The notes under the pieces are model-generated. The model saw only the letters and a program-made list of their open reading frames with translations. It had not been told where the DNA came from and ran no database searches. A stretch of DNA of 18,795 nucleotides from an uncultured bacterium. Lineage in GTDB: Bacteria; Edwardsbacteria; AC1; EtOH8. The stretch is from the NCBI GenBank assembly GCA_963780225.1, contig CAWAAX010000021.1, positions 1 to 18,795 of the forward strand. Direction: 5' to 3'. Within the stretch, counting starts at the first letter, position 1. Each line of letters opens with the position of its first letter. Both the position numbers and the translations under genes were made by a program. This document shows, piece after piece, positions 15,198-18,795 of this stretch.

Positions 15198-16298
15198 TCA
15201 CTTCACCAGCGCCAGTATCAATCCCCCGGCGATGATGGACCCGATCTGTCCGGCCACGTTGGCGCTGACCGCGTGGTTCAGCAAAAAGTTGGCCGGGTCG
15301 GCCTTTTGCGCCTCCTGGTGGATCACCCGGGCAGACATGGGGAAGGCCGAGATCCCGGCCGCGCCCACCATGGGGTTGATCTTTTCCTTGGTGAAAAGGT
15401 TAAGGAACTTGGCGAACAGCACCCCGCCGGCGGTGTCTCCGATGAAGGCTATCAGCCCCAGCCCGATGATCATCAAAGTATCCCAGCGCAAAAAGCTTTC
15501 GGCCACCATGGTGGAGCCGATGGTGATGCCCAGCAAAATTGTCACCAGGTTGGCCAGCTCGTTCTGGGCCGCCTTGCCCAGCCTTTCGGTGACGCCGCAT
15601 TCCCGCAAAAGGTTTCCGAACATCAGAAAACCGACCAATGCCACGCTGACCGGGGCCACGATGCCGGCGATGATGGTGATCAGTATGGGGAAAAGGATCT
15701 TGACTGTCTTGGATATTCCGGCCTCGTGGTAGGGCATCCTTATCCTGCGCTCCTCCAACGTGGTCAAAGCCCGGATGACCGGGGGCTGGATGATGGGCAC
15801 CAGCGACATGTAGGTGTAGGCTGCCACCGAGATAGGGGCCAAAAGCCTGGGGGCAAACTTGGTGGCCACGTAGATGGAAGTGGGGCCGTCGGCGGCGCCG
15901 ATGATGCCGATGGAGGCGGCCTCCTTAAGGTCAAATCCCAGCAAAGTGGCCACGGTGATGGTGAAGAAGATGCCGAACTGGGCCGCCCCGCCGAACAGGA
16001 ACATCTTGGGGTTCTTCAGCAGTATCCCGAAGTCTATCATGGCCCCGATGGCGATGAAGATCAGCAGGGGAAAGAGCTCGGTGAGGATGCCGTACTGGTA
16101 AAGCAGGGTCAGCGGGCCCTCGTCGCCCACCGCCGCCGAGAAGGGGATGTTGGCCATGATGCAGCCAAAGCCGATGGGCAGAAGCAACATTGGTTCGTAC
16201 TCTTTGGCGATGGCCAGGTAGAGCAGGAGGCCGCCGATGAGCAGCATGGCCGCCTGGCCAAGGGTGAAGGAAGTGAAGCCGATCAGAAGGTCTTGCAT
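15198..16298 (-). CDS. oadB: Sodium ion-translocating decarboxylase beta subunit
   Basis: YLAIAKEYEPMLLLPIGFG, ELFPLLIFIAIGAMIDFG, GGAAQFGIF, SIGIIGAADGPTSIY, GAAGISAFPMSARV, ANVAGQIGS. Confidence 0.95.
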   Translation of the reverse strand: MQDLLIGFTSFTLGQAAMLLIGGLLLYLAIAKEYEPMLLLPIGFGCIMANIPFSAAVGDEGPLTLLYQYGILTELFPLLIFIAIGAMIDFGILLKNPKMFLFGGAAQFGIFFTITVATLLGFDLKEAASIGIIGAADGPTSIYVATKFAPRLLAPISVAAYTYMSLVPIIQPPVIRALTTLEERRIRMPYHEAGISKTVKILFPILITIIAGIVAPVSVALVGFLMFGNLLRECGVTERLGKAAQNELANLVTILLGITIGSTMVAESFLRWDTLMIIGLGLIAFIGDTAGGVLFAKFLNLFTKEKINPMVGAAGISAFPMSARVIHQEAQKADPANFLLNHAVSANVAGQIGSIIAGGLILALVK

Positions 16299-16360
16299 AA
16301 TGTTTTTTTAATAATTGAACGCGGATTGTTGATGATAAAAATATTCAAGTATCAGGCCTG

Positions 16361-16561
16361 TTACCGTTTGGGCCTGTAGCCCAGCACTTTTGCTGGCAGG
16401 AGCAGAATGGCCCGGAGCAAAGCAAACAGCGCCTCAAAGGTTATTCCGATCAGCCGGAACGGCAGTAAAACCAGCCAAATCAATGGCCACAGGATCAAGG
16501 CAATGATAGCCAGCGGCCAGCAAAGGACCAGCAAGATAAGCCAGACAATAAAGGTGAACAT
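16361..16561 (-). CDS. Small hydrophobic membrane protein (66 aa)
   Basis: Almost entirely hydrophobic with spaced Trp/Pro and a basic tail; SD-like GAGGT upstream; co-oriented with neighbours. Confidence 0.75.
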   Translation of the reverse strand: MFTFIVWLILLVLCWPLAIIALILWPLIWLVLLPFRLIGITFEALFALLRAILLLPAKVLGYRPKR

Positions 16562-16614
16562 TTATATAACCTCACTCAGTTAACGTAGTGAATTGTCTGA
16601 TGCGCCCATTTCTC

Positions 16615-17007
16615 TCAAGGACGGTCTTTTGGCGTAAAGGGAATAGCCTCATCCTGGTAAAACCACAGGCTATCCTCGTTCTGATACCAGTTGCCTTTTT
16701 TGGCTATCAGCTGTACGTAATCATTGTCCAGTTCATCTTTGTACAAAACGGCCTCCAGGGTGGAGTCGCTTTTAAATGGACGGGAATACAAATGCAGGCT
16801 GTCCCCGGTAAGCCGGGCGAAGTTAGACTCGAGGTTGGTGATCAAGCCGGTATCAGGCGGGGCGGGAGGCAGGGGCTGGCTAACGGCTGGCACGGCCTGC
16901 GCCGGCTGTTCACCGGCCTGGTATATCCGGTGTTGCCGCCAGATGAAAAAAGCCAGGACGGCAAAGAACAGCCCAAAGGCGGAGATTACGATGATGAGTT
17001 TTTTCAT
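16615..17007 (-). CDS. Hypothetical protein with N-terminal membrane anchor
   Basis: MKK plus hydrophobic helix, Pro/Ala/Gln linker, then a globular C-terminus; 130 aa. Confidence 0.7.
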   Translation of the reverse strand: MKKLIIVISAFGLFFAVLAFFIWRQHRIYQAGEQPAQAVPAVSQPLPPAPPDTGLITNLESNFARLTGDSLHLYSRPFKSDSTLEAVLYKDELDNDYVQLIAKKGNWYQNEDSLWFYQDEAIPFTPKDRP

Positions 17008-17034
17008 AACAATGAAAGTTTGTTGGGAAAACTA

Positions 17035-17137
17035 AACTCAACCCGCTTCGGCTTTGCTCAGCGCAAGCCTTGCACCCCTTCTCTTGGCCTAATAAATGCC
17101 GGGCATGCTCGTAAGAGAAGGGGACGGGGGATGAGTT
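17035..17137. repeat. REP-like palindrome with inserted mini-element
   Basis: Terminal aactca/tgagtt, inner 11-bp inverted repeat ccccttctctt (17075-17085) / aagagaagggg (17113-17123); the left arm is interrupted by gcttcggctttgctcagcgcaagc (17045-17068). Confidence 0.7.
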
Positions 17138-17144
17138 CGTTGTT

Positions 17145-17402
17145 TCATTTCTTCTTGTACTTCAGCTTCATCCCCAGCAGGATGAAATTCAGCACCAAAG
17201 TCACGCTGTTGGCCAGGATGATCGGCCACTCTCGGATTATTATACCATAAACCAACCAGAATATCAGCCCCACGGTGAACAACAGCATGAAGGCCAGGTT
17301 GAAATCCTCGGCCCGTTTGGTCTGGTAGGTCTTGATGACCTGGGGCAGGAAGCTAGCGGTGGTTAGGAGGCCGGCTAAGAAGCCGATGGTTTTGATTAGC
17401 AT
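17145..17402 (-). CDS. SemiSWEET (PQ-loop) sugar transporter
   Basis: IGFLAGLLTTASFLPQVIKTYQTK..D, WLVYG, WPIILANSVTL; 85 aa, three TM helices; SD AAGGA. Confidence 0.93.
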   Translation of the reverse strand: MLIKTIGFLAGLLTTASFLPQVIKTYQTKRAEDFNLAFMLLFTVGLIFWLVYGIIIREWPIILANSVTLVLNFILLGMKLKYKKK

Positions 17403-17412
17403 GGATTCCTTT

Positions 17413-17721
17413 ATCCGCAGATTACGCAGATTCGCGCAGATTGGGGTAATAAAATGGTCTATGAAGCGACTAATTCAGAGGACCAGAAATTAGTTGCTTT
17501 AATTCAGCGATACCGTGATTTATCCGACGAAGTATTATTACTACGAAGTCGGAACGGTATCGCTGTAAAACATCCCGCCTACGGCGGATATTCGACAAGG
17601 CTTTTGCCAAAGCCTGCTAACAGGTGGATTGCTTCACCAGCCCGGCATAGATGTCATCTCGCAATGACCGTTTCCAGCCTTGTAAAATGAATAACCCTCT
17701 GTGCCTCTGTGTCTCTGTGGC
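17413..17721. repeat. Intergenic cluster of tandem repeats and at least six hairpins
   Basis: cgcagatt x3 (17416-17442); hairpins at 17464-17499, 17505-17565, 17575-17587, 17598-17615, 17623-17638 and 17653-17668; ctctgtg x3 with period 8 (17697-17719). Confidence 0.7.
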
Positions 17722-17758
17722 AAAAGTTACCCAAGTTTCTCCCCGCACTCCGGGCCTA

Positions 17759-18790
17759 TTACTTCAAAAACTCAATTACCTTCTTATTAAACACCTCCGT
17801 CTGCGAGATCGGCAGGTCGTGGCTGGCTCCTGGTATGATCTCCGTTCTTATCTGCGGGGCAACCGCATTCAACCTCTTTACGGCCTCGGCGGCGGGGTAT
17901 ATCTTCTCGTGCTCGCCCACCAAAAACAAAGCCGGAACTTTGATCTCCCCCAATTCCCCGTCGGTCAAAACATCGGGAGGGACCAGCATCCTCATCTTAT
18001 AACATTTCAGGCTCATCATGGCGTCGGTAATCAGCATGTCTGTTATCCGGAGGCTTTCGGCATCCTGCCGCTTGGCCAGGTCCTCGAACAGCCAGTTCAC
18101 CAGGAAGTTCCGCATGAAAAAGGGATGAGGCAGGGCCGAGATGATCCCGCGCCAGGCCCATTCCCCGGGCAGTTCTATGATGGTGGAGGGAGGGGCGACC
18201 AGCACCAATTTCCTCAACCGTTCCGGGTGGCGCAGGGCGTAACGGCTGGAAAGCCAGCCCCCGAAGGAATAACCCATCAAATTGACGCTGTCGCCCAGGG
18301 CCAGGCCGGTGAACAGCTCGTCCATCCAGCCGGTGAAATCGTCCGCCCGCTTGAAGGGTTTGGTATTGAGGCTGCGGCCGACGTCGTAAATGTTGTCTAC
18401 CGCATAGACCCGGAAATGTTCCGACAGTCCTTTGACATTTGCGAACCAGATCAGCGAGGAGGCGTTGGCCGAAGGCAGCAGCACCAGGGCCGGGGCGTTG
18501 GGCGGCCCGCTTACCCGGACGAAGGTTTTGCCGTAGGAGGTCTCCACGTATCTTTCTTCGGAAGCTACCGGCCATTGCTTGGCCCGGTTGTCGTAGTATT
18601 CCAGATACTTTTCCCGGGCCTGGGCGGACTTGAAGGGGTAGTAGGCCGGAAGCTTTGACATATCCGGATCTTTGAACAGCGAATTAACGAACAAAGCCGC
18701 CGAGCCGATCAGGACCAGCAGGCCGGCCGCCAGGATCAGCAGGATCGTCTTAAGCAGGGAGCGTTTTTTGGGCGGTGTTTGTGCTGGCAT
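17759..18790 (-). CDS. Membrane-anchored alpha/beta hydrolase (carboxylesterase-like)
   Basis: N-terminal TM helix; nucleophile elbow GYSFGG; VPALFLVGEHEKI (acid); IPGASHDL (His); VETSYGKTFVRVSGP. Confidence 0.9.
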   Translation of the reverse strand: MPAQTPPKKRSLLKTILLILAAGLLVLIGSAALFVNSLFKDPDMSKLPAYYPFKSAQAREKYLEYYDNRAKQWPVASEERYVETSYGKTFVRVSGPPNAPALVLLPSANASSLIWFANVKGLSEHFRVYAVDNIYDVGRSLNTKPFKRADDFTGWMDELFTGLALGDSVNLMGYSFGGWLSSRYALRHPERLRKLVLVAPPSTIIELPGEWAWRGIISALPHPFFMRNFLVNWLFEDLAKRQDAESLRITDMLITDAMMSLKCYKMRMLVPPDVLTDGELGEIKVPALFLVGEHEKIYPAAEAVKRLNAVAPQIRTEIIPGASHDLPISQTEVFNKKVIEFLK

Positions 18791-18795
18791 ATGTT

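Noticed and set aside
16310..16345. aacgcggattgttgatgat as another GATT-type repeat remnant
   Set aside because: Too short and degenerate to distinguish from chance.
17454..17690. 78-aa + strand ORF in the repeat cluster
   Set aside because: It runs through palindromic repeats, has no clear SD and no recognisable domain.
17440..17730. tmRNA, CRISPR array or integron attC sites
   Set aside because: No T-arm/CCA end, no identical repeats with unique spacers, no paired RYYYAAC/GTTRRRY boxes, and no cas or intI genes.
3391..18658. Many long + strand ORFs antisense to the - strand genes (e.g. 5475-6107, 11573-12355, 13386-14144, 15273-16379, 17651-18658)
   Set aside because: Shadow frames expected opposite GC3-rich genes; no motifs, and full overlap with recognisable proteins.

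Overview
Bacterial chromosomal window, mostly GC-rich coding DNA with AT-rich spacers. A T9SS/FlgD-type C-terminal sorting domain protein and a PorV/PorQ-like barrel hint at an FCB-related lineage (inference only). The + strand carries a two-gene cassette (TetR regulator and a secreted 7-bladed FG-GAP protein) bracketed by two near-identical 27-nt terminator hairpins. All other genes are on the - strand; from right to left they are an alpha/beta hydrolase, SemiSWEET, two small membrane proteins, oadB plus a 48-aa OadG-like subunit (no alpha subunit in the window), a secreted GH-like TIM-barrel protein, a PorV/PorQ-like protein, a CTP-dependent lipid kinase/cytidylyltransferase-family protein, an 85-aa Cys/His-rich ORF, a TPR plus double-parvulin foldase, galT-glgA, an orphan mglA and recG. 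glgA and the GH-like gene are broken by +1 shifts in short homopolymers, probably sequencing errors. Best leads: (i) the 85-aa ORF looks like a metal/secretion-sensing ribosome-arrest leader in front of a foldase; (ii) a ~165-nt rod-shaped RNA runs from a near-consensus sigma70 promoter to the porV-like start codon; (iii) many short palindromic and tandem repeats occur in spacers, including a TTCGRC-N3/4-GCTCAG mini-element nested inside other hairpins and inside itself.
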